Sequence record: SRR20825019_1657
Length of the DNA: 48,617 nt
Direction: 5' to 3' (one strand)
Positions within the stretch are counted from its first letter, which is position 1, and each line of letters opens with the position of its first letter. Shown here in pieces: positions 1 through 9,222 of the stretch. A program made the translations under genes and the position numbers. The notes beneath the pieces were generated by a model, which had not been told where the DNA came from, searched no databases, and saw only the letters and a program-made list of their open reading frames with translations.

Positions 1-66
1 GGTGGATGGGCACGTCCCTGTGCCCGTCGAACACGCCACACCGTCACAGGGACTTGCCGGTCCACC
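1..66. repeat. REP-like imperfect palindrome (possibly truncated by window edge)
   Basis: ggtggatgggcacgtccctgtg ... cacagggacttgccggtccacc form inverted arms. Confidence 0.6.
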
Positions 67-195
67 TCAAGCCCATCCCTACCGCATTCATGGATTGCCA
101 CGTCGGCCCCGCGCTCGGGCCTTCTCGCAATGACAATCCGTTCCCGCGAAATTTTTGACGTGCGCCGACCGCCGGTTCATGAACAACTCACCTGT

Positions 196-1290
196 ATGCC
201 TGATAAACCGTTCACTTTCATCTGCGGAGCCGACGACTTTCTCGTCGATCGGCTCGGAAAGGAACGCTATGCGGCTCTCACGAAGGAAATCGATGACGAG
301 TTTTCCCAGGAAGTCCTCAGTGGATTTGCCAACAATGTCGGCGAAGTCGAAACCGCCATCAATCGATTCCGCGACAGCGTGCAAACCGTCTCGATGTTTG
401 GCGGACGCCGCGTGGTCTGGCTCAAGGATGTCAATTTTCTCGCCGACAGCGTGACCGGCCGTGCCGACAGCACGCTCAAGCTCGTCGATGATCTCAAGGA
501 ACTGCTCGCGGCGATCAATCCCGCCGATACCGCTGTGCTCATCACCGCGGCACCGATTGATCGGCGACGCGCGTTTCCGAAATGGTGCGAGAAGACCGGC
601 GACTTCACGCTCGTGGGTGGCGGCGATGACGGCGATGCCCTCGCGGGGGTCGTAATCTCCGAAGCCCGCTCACTCGAAGTGAGCATCACCCCCGATGCCA
701 CGCGGCTCCTCCTCGCCAAGATCGGTAGCAACACCCGGTTGATCGTCGAGGAACTCCGCAAACTCGCCAACTTCGTCGAAGAAGGCGAGAGCATCGAAGA
801 CAAGCACGTCGCCGAGCTCACTCCCAATGTCGCCGAGGGGGATTTCTTTGAATCGGCTGAAGCGTTTTTCAGCGGTGATCTCAAATGGACCCTTGCCGCG
901 CTTCAGCGTCATTTCTTCGCCGGTGGCGATGCGCGTCCCGTCATCAGTGCACTGCAGAATCGCAACCGCATTCTGATCCAAGTGCGCGCCCTCCTCGATT
1001 CCGGCGAAGCCCGACTCGGCTCGCGCGGGCTCGATGGTCTCAAACAAGCCGCCCCCGCCTACGCGGAAAAGTTTGGCGAGGCCGCCGGTGAGAAAAGCGC
1101 CTACAATCTCTTCAGCCAAAATGCGTGGTATGTGGGCAAACTCGCTTCCAGTGCGAAACTCCCTTCGCTCCGCCGCCTGATCGACAACCAGCAGGAATTC
1201 GTCAACGTCTTCGAAGAAATCATCCGACGCCCGCGCGAACAGGAAGAGGTGCTCCGCGAGATGGCGACGCGCTGCTTATCCACCGGTTAG
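196..1290 (+). CDS. holA: DNA polymerase III subunit delta
   Basis: N-terminal FICGADDFLV, 'TVSMFGGRRVVWLKD', 'IVEELRKL' and length fit HolA; ATG 196 preferred to ORF start 130. Confidence 0.88.
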   Translation: MPDKPFTFICGADDFLVDRLGKERYAALTKEIDDEFSQEVLSGFANNVGEVETAINRFRDSVQTVSMFGGRRVVWLKDVNFLADSVTGRADSTLKLVDDLKELLAAINPADTAVLITAAPIDRRRAFPKWCEKTGDFTLVGGGDDGDALAGVVISEARSLEVSITPDATRLLLAKIGSNTRLIVEELRKLANFVEEGESIEDKHVAELTPNVAEGDFFESAEAFFSGDLKWTLAALQRHFFAGGDARPVISALQNRNRILIQVRALLDSGEARLGSRGLDGLKQAAPAYAEKFGEAAGEKSAYNLFSQNAWYVGKLASSAKLPSLRRLIDNQQEFVNVFEEIIRRPREQEEVLREMATRCLSTG

Positions 1291-1304
1291 ACAGAAACAA
1301 ACTC

Positions 1305-2273
1305 TTGGACTCCGACTCACAAACGTCTCCAACGCTTTCGTTGCACCGCCGTCTGGTCGTCGTGGCGATCCTTGCAGTCTCTTTCGTCTGCAATGTGTTG
1401 GTGCTGTTTCTGCCCTTCATGCATCTGCGCAAAGGGCTGGCGACGGAGCCCTACACCCTCTTTCGTTCGGTCGAAATGCTCTGGCATGGCGGGCTTTATG
1501 TGCTCGCGTTGCTCGTGGTCATTTTTTCGGTCATCTTTCCATTCGCCAAGCTGGGCGTGCTCGCATGGATCACCTCGAGCCCCTCCGTCATCGGGCTACA
1601 GAAAACCTGTCTGCATTGGGTCGAGAGATTGGGCAAATGGTCGATGCTCGATGTCTATCTCATCGCGATCATCCTCACCCTGACCTCGAATCAGGTCTTC
1701 GTGGGAGGGGAACCGCAGATCGGTCTGAGTCTCTTCATTGTCGCCATCCTGCTCAGCATGATCGCCGGCGAGATTCTTTCCGTTGGTCTGCATGATGAAC
1801 CCAAGGTCCAGGAAGTCGCCAAAGCGAGTAACAGCGGATGGTGGCTTGCGCTTTCGGGATTGGCGCTACTTGCCACCATCACCCTGCCCTTCCTGCGCAT
1901 CCACGATTGGCGCATGCTTGATCACAGTTACAGCATTCTCTTTCTCGTGCCCGTGCTGTGGATGGAGGAGGCCTATCTCGCTTCCGCACTGACGGGAGTC
2001 TTTCTCGTGCTCGCCCCTCTCGCGGTGTGGATCGCCAGTGCCGTGGCTTGGTGGCAGCATCGGCGAGGCCATTGGGGTCGCGCGAAACTGCGTTGGGTGC
2101 CGATGGCCCATCGCTGGAGCATGCTCGATGTCTTCGGGTTTGCCCTGACGGTCTTTGCGTTCGAAAGCGGAGGTTTGATGCGCACCGAAGTGCGTTGGGG
2201 CGTGCTCGCACTGGCCGGAACCCTCGTGCTCCAACGCGTTTTCCAAACCGTGCTGGAGCGTGCTAAATCCTGA
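1305..2273 (+). CDS. pqiA: Paraquat-inducible protein A family membrane protein (two PqiA repeats)
   Basis: Two 'WSMLDV' motifs and 'FSVIFPFAKL'; TTG start estimated just after holA. Confidence 0.8.
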   Translation: MDSDSQTSPTLSLHRRLVVVAILAVSFVCNVLVLFLPFMHLRKGLATEPYTLFRSVEMLWHGGLYVLALLVVIFSVIFPFAKLGVLAWITSSPSVIGLQKTCLHWVERLGKWSMLDVYLIAIILTLTSNQVFVGGEPQIGLSLFIVAILLSMIAGEILSVGLHDEPKVQEVAKASNSGWWLALSGLALLATITLPFLRIHDWRMLDHSYSILFLVPVLWMEEAYLASALTGVFLVLAPLAVWIASAVAWWQHRRGHWGRAKLRWVPMAHRWSMLDVFGFALTVFAFESGGLMRTEVRWGVLALAGTLVLQRVFQTVLERAKS

Positions 2274-2308
2274 TTGCCGCCATTTCGAAAAACGGATTTC
2301 ACATCTCC

Positions 2309-2635
2309 ATGACTTCCATCCCTACTGAATTTGCCAACGCGACCGCCCACACGAAGGCGAATATCTATTTCGACGGCGAGGTGATGAGCCACACGGTGAT
2401 CGATGCTCAAGGCGTGCGCAAAACCCTCGGCTTAATCCGCCCCGGCACCTACCACTTCGGCACCGACGCCCCCGAACACATGGAAATCGTCGCCGGGGCC
2501 TGCACCGTCGTCCTCGATGGTGAAACCGCGGAGAATCACTATCACGCCGGACAGGTTTTCGACCTGCCGGGCAAAAGCGGTTTCAACATCACCAGCACCG
2601 ACGGCGTCTGCGAATACATCTGCACGTTCCTCTGA
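2309..2635 (+). CDS. ppnP: Pyrimidine/purine nucleoside phosphorylase (DUF1255)
   Basis: 'KANIYFDGEVMS', 'KTLGLIRPGTYHFGTDAPEHMEIVAG', 108 aa cupin. Confidence 0.9.
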   Translation: MTSIPTEFANATAHTKANIYFDGEVMSHTVIDAQGVRKTLGLIRPGTYHFGTDAPEHMEIVAGACTVVLDGETAENHYHAGQVFDLPGKSGFNITSTDGVCEYICTFL

Positions 2636-2642
2636 GAGAACT

Positions 2643-2795
2643 TGAATGTCACTTAATAGGTGACATTCAGTTGATCGCGGAAACCGGCACCAGGGCATCG
2701 CCGGAAACGCTCGATCCGAACCCACCGCGAAGCACCCACGTGTCACGATCCACGAACGGTTTCATTGCACCTGCACGTCAACTATTAGTTGACGT
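2643..2795. repeat. Doublet of related TAATA/TATTA-core palindromes
   Basis: tgaatgtcac-ttaatag-gtgacattca (2643-2669) and perfect acgtcaacta-t-tagttgacgt (2775-2795), similar to each other in inverted orientation. Confidence 0.65.
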
Positions 2796-2941
2796 ATAAT
2801 CAGGAAGTGATTCGGGAAATAGTTAGGAAGAACCAGAGTAAGAAATCGGCGGTGATTCGGTGATCCGCACATGTGATCGCGGACGAAATGCGTTTGCCAT
2901 TGGCAAGCACCACGGTGGCTGCTCCAATCGTCAGCTCTCAC

Positions 2942-4369
2942 GTGAACGAATCCCTTCCTATTACCAACGTCCTCGCCGAGCGCTATGCATCGGCTGCCAT
3001 TAAAGCTATCTGGTCTCCCACGGGCCGGGTTTCCCTCGAACGCGATTTCTGGATCGCGGTCATGAAGGGACAACGCGACCTCGGCGTGAAAATTCCCGCC
3101 GAAGCGATCAAGGACTACGAGAAGGTCAAAGATCAGATCGACCTCGCTTCGATTGACGCGCGCGAACGCGTGACCTTGCACGATGTGAAGGCGCGCATCG
3201 AAGAATTTTCCGGTCTCGCCGGCCACGAATATATTCACCTCGGCCTCACCAGCCGCGATCTCACGGAAAACGTCGAGCAGCTGCAGATCCTGCGCTCGCT
3301 CAAAGTCGTGAAACTGAAAACCGCCGCCGCGCTCAACGGGCTCGCCAAGCAGGCCGAGGCCCATCGCGACGTCATGATCACCGGTCGCACCCATAACGTG
3401 CCCGCGCAACCGACCACACTCGGCAAGCGAATCGCGATGTTTGGGCAGGAGCTTCAGATCGCCTACACCCGCCTCAGCGAGGTGCTCGCCCGCTATCCCG
3501 TGCGCGGCCTCAAGGGCGCAGTCGGCACGCAACTCGACCAACTCACCCTCCTCGGAGGCGATGCTCAGAAAGTCGATCAACTCGAACAAAGCGTCCTCAA
3601 GCATCTCGGCTTCAAGGCCGCCCTTGGCTCCGTCGGCCAGGTCTATCCCCGTAGTCTCGATTTCGAAGTCGTCACCGCGCTTCAACAAATCGCCGCCGCC
3701 GCTGCGAGCTTTTCCACCACCCTCCGCCTGATGGCCGGTCAGGGTCTGCTGACCGAAGGTTTCCAAAAAGGTCAGGTTGGCTCGTCCGCGATGCCGCACA
3801 AGATGAATGCCCGCAACTGCGAACGCATTTGCGGATTCGCCACGATCATCAGCGGTTACGCTGCCATGACCAGTGGACTCGCCGGTCACCAGTGGAACGA
3901 AGGCGATGTCTCCTGTTCCGTTGTGCGCCGCGTGGCGCTGCCCGATTCGTTCTACGCGATCGACGGCCTGCTCGAGACCTGGCTCAACGTGCTGAACCAG
4001 ATGAACGTGTTCCCCGCCGCCATCGCCGCGGAGAACGAACGCAACCTCCCCTTCCTCGCCACGACCACGATCCTCATGGAAGCGGTCAAAGGCGGCGCCG
4101 GACGCGAAACGGCCCACGAAGCCATCAAAGAGCACGCCCTCGCCGCCGCCACCGCCCTGCGCAATGGAGGCGATGCCGATCTCGTCAGCCGTCTCGCCGG
4201 CGACAAACGGGTGGGTCTGGGCAAACGCGCCTTGCAGAAGATTCTCTCCGAAACGCACCGCTTCATCGGTGGCGCGCCTCATCAGGTGGACACCTTTGTC
4301 GCGGAGGCCCGCAAGCTTGTGAAAAAGCAAAAAGGAGCCGCCGATTACCAACCGGGCAGGTTGTTGTAA
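2942..4369 (+). CDS. purB: Adenylosuccinate lyase
   Basis: Signature GSSAMPHKMN, 'IHLGLTSRD', 'GRTHNVPAQPTT'; GTG start estimated. Confidence 0.95.
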   Translation: MNESLPITNVLAERYASAAIKAIWSPTGRVSLERDFWIAVMKGQRDLGVKIPAEAIKDYEKVKDQIDLASIDARERVTLHDVKARIEEFSGLAGHEYIHLGLTSRDLTENVEQLQILRSLKVVKLKTAAALNGLAKQAEAHRDVMITGRTHNVPAQPTTLGKRIAMFGQELQIAYTRLSEVLARYPVRGLKGAVGTQLDQLTLLGGDAQKVDQLEQSVLKHLGFKAALGSVGQVYPRSLDFEVVTALQQIAAAAASFSTTLRLMAGQGLLTEGFQKGQVGSSAMPHKMNARNCERICGFATIISGYAAMTSGLAGHQWNEGDVSCSVVRRVALPDSFYAIDGLLETWLNVLNQMNVFPAAIAAENERNLPFLATTTILMEAVKGGAGRETAHEAIKEHALAAATALRNGGDADLVSRLAGDKRVGLGKRALQKILSETHRFIGGAPHQVDTFVAEARKLVKKQKGAADYQPGRLL

Positions 4370-4400
4370 TCCGGTTCCAGAAGTAAGACTTAAACTGATC

Positions 4401-4482
4401 CGTAGGCCGCGAGCTCGCTCGCGCAGATCCAGTTGGTGCCCGCATCGTGCCGTTGGATTGCGCCTGCAAGCAGGCCGCCTAC
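4401..4482. repeat. GTAG-type REP doublet
   Basis: cGTAGgccgcgagctcgctcgcgc ... gcgcctgcaagcaggccgcCTAC; related copies at 28670 and 39435. Confidence 0.75.
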
Positions 4483-4662
4483 CTCCCGTCGTCGCTTCCA
4501 AGAGGGGCTGATCGCACACGCAAACGGGTTGCCGCAAAAATCGGATCAGGGTGCATTCTAAGGCCACCTTTTCCCTTCGGGGCAAAATTGAGTTTGCCAC
4601 TGTCGGTCGCGCTGCGCCACTTTCTCCCCTCACGTTCTCTTCAAACCTTTTTAAACACTCTC

Positions 4663-5922
4663 ATGTCTGAACTCGTAGGAAATGTATTAGTAGGCCAATC
4701 CGGTGGCCCCACTTCTGTTATTAATGCCAGCGTGGCGGGCATCGTTGCCGAAGCCCTCAACCACGAATGCGTTGAAGAGATCTACGGCACGCTGAACGGT
4801 GTGCTCGGCATTCTCAACGAGGACTTCATCGACCTCGCCGACGAATCCCAACAGCAGATCCGTGCCCTCCGCCACACTCCCGGTGCGGCCCTCGGCACCT
4901 GCCGCTACAAGCTGAAGAGCCAGCAGGATTTCGAGCGCGTGCTCGAAGTCTTCAAGGCGCACAACATCCGTTACTTCTTCTACATCGGCGGCAATGACTC
5001 CCAGGACACCGCCGACAAGATCTCCAAACTCGCTCAAGAGCAGGAATACGAGCTCCGGGTGATCGGCGTGCCGAAGACGATCGACAACGATCTCCCCGCC
5101 ACCGATCACTGCCCCGGCTACGCCAGCGCGATCAAGTATCTCGCCACCACCGTGCGCGAAGTCGCTTGTGACAGCGAATCGATGGGCCAAGGCGACCTCG
5201 TTTCCATTATCGAAGTCATGGGCCGTTCCGCTGGTTGGCTCGCCGCTGGTGCCGCTCTCGCGAAACGTCGCGACCACCCGCACGATCCTCCGCACATCAT
5301 TCTCCTCCCTGAAGTGCCTCTCAACCGGGAGAAGGTTCTCGAAGACATCCAACGCGTGCTCAAACGCGAGAAGTTCTGCTCCATCGTCGTCGCTGAAGGT
5401 CTCGTCGATGAAGATGGCAACTACTTCGCCGCCGATGCGCAGACCGATGCTTTCGGACACGCTCAACTCGGTGGAGCCGGAGACGCGCTTTCCGATCTCA
5501 TCGAAGCCAACCTCCCCGGCATCAAGGTTCGCGTCGCCAAGCCCGGCCTTATGCAACGCGCCGCGGCCCATGTGGCCTCCCAAACCGACGCCGACGAATC
5601 CTACCAGGCTGGTCAGGCTGCGGTTAAAGCCGCTGTCGATGGTCAGACCGACAAGATGATCACGCTCCTCCGTGGAGATGGCGATGCCTACACCTGCGAA
5701 ACCGGACTCGCGCCCCTCTCGGAAATCGCCAATGGCGTGAAGAAGCTTCCCGCCGATTGGATCAACGAAGACGGCATCAGCATGAACTTCCAGTTCCTCC
5801 GCTATGCTCAACCGCTCATCCAGGACGAAGTTGAAGTCCCTTACGAAAACGGCCTCCCTGTCTTCGCCCGACTCAACAAAGTCCGCGTCGACAAGCAGCT
5901 CGCGGCCTACGTCGCCAGCTAA
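4663..5922 (+). CDS. 6-phosphofructokinase family protein, probably PPi-dependent
   Basis: GQSGGP, GGNDS, PKTIDND, EVMGR motifs; Asp in GGNDS and Lys in PKTIDND are the PPi-type signature. Confidence 0.9.
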   Translation: MSELVGNVLVGQSGGPTSVINASVAGIVAEALNHECVEEIYGTLNGVLGILNEDFIDLADESQQQIRALRHTPGAALGTCRYKLKSQQDFERVLEVFKAHNIRYFFYIGGNDSQDTADKISKLAQEQEYELRVIGVPKTIDNDLPATDHCPGYASAIKYLATTVREVACDSESMGQGDLVSIIEVMGRSAGWLAAGAALAKRRDHPHDPPHIILLPEVPLNREKVLEDIQRVLKREKFCSIVVAEGLVDEDGNYFAADAQTDAFGHAQLGGAGDALSDLIEANLPGIKVRVAKPGLMQRAAAHVASQTDADESYQAGQAAVKAAVDGQTDKMITLLRGDGDAYTCETGLAPLSEIANGVKKLPADWINEDGISMNFQFLRYAQPLIQDEVEVPYENGLPVFARLNKVRVDKQLAAYVAS

Positions 5923-5943
5923 GCCAAGCTAAACGCTTTAATC

Positions 5944-5979
5944 AAAAGGCCGGTTCGCATTTCGCGAACCGGCCTTTTT
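5944..5979 (+). terminator. Rho-independent terminator (likely bidirectional)
   Basis: aaaaggccggttcgc-attt-(c)gcgaaccggccttttt after pfk stop. Confidence 0.85.
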
Positions 5980-6045
5980 ATGGGGAAATCTGAAGCAGGG
6001 TCGGATCGCCGAAGCCACTCGTAGAGGCACGCCCGGAAATTGATA

Positions 6046-6132
6046 TGTCATTCTGAGCAAAAGCGAAGAATCCAGTGCGATTTCCCCCGCAGGTAGGCCA
6101 ATGCCGGATTCTTCACTTCGTTCAGAATGACA
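6046..6132. repeat. GTCAT...ATGAC-type long palindromic repeat
   Basis: tgtcattctgagcaaaagcgaagaatcc ... ggattcttcacttcgttcagaatgaca; similar architecture at 33812-33921. Confidence 0.75.
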
Positions 6133-6198
6133 AAAAGGGTGAGCTCCAAGGTCATCACCACTCAGCCTAGATTCCCCAAGAGAACCTCATTCCCCCAA

Positions 6199-6460
6199 TC
6201 AGACCTCCTCAATCTCTGTAACAATCACCTGCTTAACCGCATGATCTACCCAGAAATCAAAGATAAATTCATCGACCATGATATGACAGATTTCCCGTTC
6301 CTCTGTATCCTGAGTTCGAAAGTCGGGAATAAGAAATGGATCGGCGGCGAGTTCTGTAGCTCGATCCAAGACTCGGCGTTGCTTCCGCCTGTTCAATCCA
6401 ACGAATGACTCAACCCACCGAGTCTGAAAATATAATCTAATATTTTGATCGGCTAGCCAC
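6199..6460 (-). pseudogene. RelE/ParE-like toxin, 5' end frameshifted
   Basis: C-terminal ORF (…LDRATELAADPF…FDFWVDHAVKQVIVTEI) resembles the RelE fold; GTG at 6460 overlapping the upstream gene's end hits TAG at codon 8 and is out of frame with the toxin body. Confidence 0.5.
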
Positions 6461-6647
6461 GACAGTAGCGCGTTTCCAGGTCTTGCAGAGTCGTTCCCTT
6501 CCCTCCTTGAACGTCGCGGATCTTCTTAGCGGTCGCCTTTTTCCAAGCTGGAGTCGTGCGTTTCAGTTGCTGCAAATAAACCTGCACCTCCCTGCGCTCA
6601 CGCGCAGAGAGACGAGACAGACTTTGTTTGATCTCCAAAACACTCAC
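6453..6647 (-). CDS. Small putative antitoxin
   Basis: ~64 aa 'MSVLEIKQSLSRLSARERREV…' immediately upstream of the toxin-like ORF. Confidence 0.55.
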   Translation of the reverse strand: MSVLEIKQSLSRLSARERREVQVYLQQLKRTTPAWKKATAKKIRDVQGGKGTTLQDLETRYCRG

Positions 6648-6718
6648 GGCAGGAAACATACTCGCACACTGAGGAAGCTCAAGAGACGCATGAAGCAGGA
6701 ATATGCCACTCAGTCATC

Positions 6719-7189
6719 CTACAAGGAAACTTCCATTCTAACGCATGGGATCAAGATATCCTCTCCTAGCTTATGATTCTGTCTTTCGATTTCCTGGCAT
6801 CCCATCGCCAAATAGAAAGGAACGCTGGTTAGCGAAGCATCCAACCAAGCTCGTGACAGTCCCTTCCTGCGAAGCTCCTCGGTTACTTTTTTAAACAGAC
6901 TTCGTGCCACCCCTTTCCTCACAAAATCAGGGTGAACATAGATGGCGCAAATCTCCGGTCTTGCCTCCTGATACTCCCCAAAGCCGATCACTCGTCCGGA
7001 ATGTTCAGCGACATAGAGTCTTTCATTCCTGATTGGCTCCAAATAATCGGCCGGCTTCCGCGGGCCAGCCCATGCTTCGAGTTGTTCAGGAGTATAATCT
7101 GCAGCGCAGAGCTCACGAATCGCCCGGATATGCGTTTCACATATCCCGGACGAATCCAATTCTGTAGCGAGGCGAATAACGATACTCAC
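6719..7189 (-). CDS. GNAT acetyltransferase (YafP-like)
   Basis: 'YVHPDFVRKGVARSL', 'ASLTSVPFYLAMG'; GTG start overlaps the cstA stop (GTGA). Confidence 0.85.
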   Translation of the reverse strand: MSIVIRLATELDSSGICETHIRAIRELCAADYTPEQLEAWAGPRKPADYLEPIRNERLYVAEHSGRVIGFGEYQEARPEICAIYVHPDFVRKGVARSLFKKVTEELRRKGLSRAWLDASLTSVPFYLAMGCQEIERQNHKLGEDILIPCVRMEVSL

Positions 7190-9024
7190 ACCTTCACCGG
7201 CTCGATCGCGTTGTCCTCGATGAGACCCTTGGTCTTCGGGAAGAGTTTGATCGCTTCGATCACCATCCAGACTTCGAGGACGAGTGTAATGACGGCGATA
7301 CCGACGAGCAGCCAATTGTTCTGCATCAGCCAGCTCTTCTCGCCGACGAAAGCCTGCAGCGTCATCGCCCACGCAGGGAGAATCAGCATGAGGATCATCG
7401 GCACGACGAGGAACCAGATCGGCGAACCGCGACGCCAGAGATAAAACGCGATCACCAGAAAGGAAACGCCGCCGAGCAACTGATTGGTCGCTCCGAAAAT
7501 CGGCCATAACAGCATGCCACCCTTGCCCGCATTCGCGATCGACCACTCGAGACCCGCCGGAGGCACGGCCGCCATCAGCATCGCCGTGCCCACGGCAAAG
7601 ATCGTCGCCCCGTGCTTGCCTTGGAACCATCCCAGCCAGCTTTTACCCTCGGACGTTTTCGGTGCGATCGCTGTCGCCAGCTCCTGCACGATGTAGCGTT
7701 GCAGACGGCAGGCGGTATCAAGGGTCGTGCCCGCAAAGGAGGCCACAAACACGCCCATCAAGGCCACCGCCACACCGGATGGCACACCGAGCGCTTTCAC
7801 GAAATTGGCCGAGCCGGTGACGAAGGCGCCGACTTTGCTGCCGAGGGTCGAACTGGTGCTCCAATCCGCATAATGATGCGCCCACGCCTCGTGCCCCAGG
7901 AGCATCACGCCACTGGCCTTATCCATCGAGCCGAGACCAATCCCCGCCGCACAGGCGATAATCACCAGCGTCGCGAGGAAGCCTTCCGTGAGCATCGAAC
8001 CATAGCCAATCGCGCGTGCGTCAGGTTCGGTTTTAAGCTGTTTGCTGGTCGTGCCGGAGGACACCAAACAGTGGAATCCACTGATTGCTCCACAGGCGAT
8101 CGTGATAAAGAGAAACGGGAACATCGCCGGCGCGCCGACCGGATTCGGATTGATCGCCGGAGCCGCAAGTTCCAGAGCCGGACGCACCCCGTCAATCGGA
8201 GCACCACCAAAGAATGCCGCCGCAAACACGCCGACGACGACCAGTCCGAGCACGGAGATCAGTTGAAGGGCGTTAATATAATCGCGCGGTTGGAGTAGCG
8301 CCCACACGGGAATGACCGAGGCGACATAGGAATAAAGCAGAAGAAAGACCACCCAGGTAAACGCCGACCAATCCGCAAGAGTGCTGTTGATCGTGTGTAG
8401 AAACCCCGTGTCTCCGTAGATTACCGAAAGATACATCACGACCAGCGCGATAATCGACGGCACCTTGAGGCTCAGACCGCGGCGGTTGAGCCAGAATCCG
8501 ATAAACACCGCCAAGGGGATCTGAATCAAACACGGCACAATCGCGCTAGGGAACATCCGGAAGACCGCCGCGATCACCAGACCGAAGATCGCCAGCACAA
8601 TCGCCAGCGCCATGAATAGAATGCAGAGAAAAACGATCCGCACCCGACGGTTGAGCACGCGGCCGGCGATATCGCCGACGGTCTGACCATTGTTGCGCAA
8701 CGACACCACGAGTGCGCCGAAATCGTGCACCGCGCCGATGAAGATCGACCCGAAGATCACCCAGAGCAGCGCCGGAAACCAGCCCCATAAAATCGCGATC
8801 GCCGGTCCGACAATCGGCCCCGTGCCCGCGATCGAGGCAAAGTGATGCCCAAAAACAATGCCCTTGGAAGTCGGCACGTAGTCCACGCCGTCCTTCAACT
8901 TTTCCGAAGGACAGAGATGCCCGGCGGACAATTTGAAAATTTTGCTACCGAGCCAGCGGCCGTAAGTATGATAAGCAACGATGAAGCCGAGGCCGGCCAG
9001 CAGCGCAATCAAGAGGGTTTGCAT
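7186..9024 (-). CDS. cstA: Carbon starvation protein A family transporter
   Basis: 'DGVDYVP', 'FGHHFASIAGTGPIVGP', 'FITIACGAISGFH', 'GYGSMLTEG'. Confidence 0.93.
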   Translation of the reverse strand: MQTLLIALLAGLGFIVAYHTYGRWLGSKIFKLSAGHLCPSEKLKDGVDYVPTSKGIVFGHHFASIAGTGPIVGPAIAILWGWFPALLWVIFGSIFIGAVHDFGALVVSLRNNGQTVGDIAGRVLNRRVRIVFLCILFMALAIVLAIFGLVIAAVFRMFPSAIVPCLIQIPLAVFIGFWLNRRGLSLKVPSIIALVVMYLSVIYGDTGFLHTINSTLADWSAFTWVVFLLLYSYVASVIPVWALLQPRDYINALQLISVLGLVVVGVFAAAFFGGAPIDGVRPALELAAPAINPNPVGAPAMFPFLFITIACGAISGFHCLVSSGTTSKQLKTEPDARAIGYGSMLTEGFLATLVIIACAAGIGLGSMDKASGVMLLGHEAWAHHYADWSTSSTLGSKVGAFVTGSANFVKALGVPSGVAVALMGVFVASFAGTTLDTACRLQRYIVQELATAIAPKTSEGKSWLGWFQGKHGATIFAVGTAMLMAAVPPAGLEWSIANAGKGGMLLWPIFGATNQLLGGVSFLVIAFYLWRRGSPIWFLVVPMILMLILPAWAMTLQAFVGEKSWLMQNNWLLVGIAVITLVLEVWMVIEAIKLFPKTKGLIEDNAIEPVKV

Positions 9025-9222
9025 ACGCGTATAGAGGGAAAGTTGAGAAAAACTAGGAAGAGCGACCTTTTCTAGGAGCCTGTCACCAAACTGCAACCTT
9101 GGAGAATCAAAGCCGGCCGATACCTACTCTTGCCAAAAAGCGGTCAGGGTAAGAGCCTTATGGTAATCGGATTGCATGGCCGCACTGCGGTCTGTCGATT
9201 GGAAGAAGCTGAAGTTCGGTTC

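Noticed and set aside
2762-4633. 623-aa minus-strand ORF
   Set aside because: Antisense shadow of purB, expected from high-GC codon bias; no recognisable motifs
4687-5811. 374-aa minus ORF (likewise 11093-12259, 26331-27455, 30127-31101)
   Set aside because: All lie opposite well-supported genes
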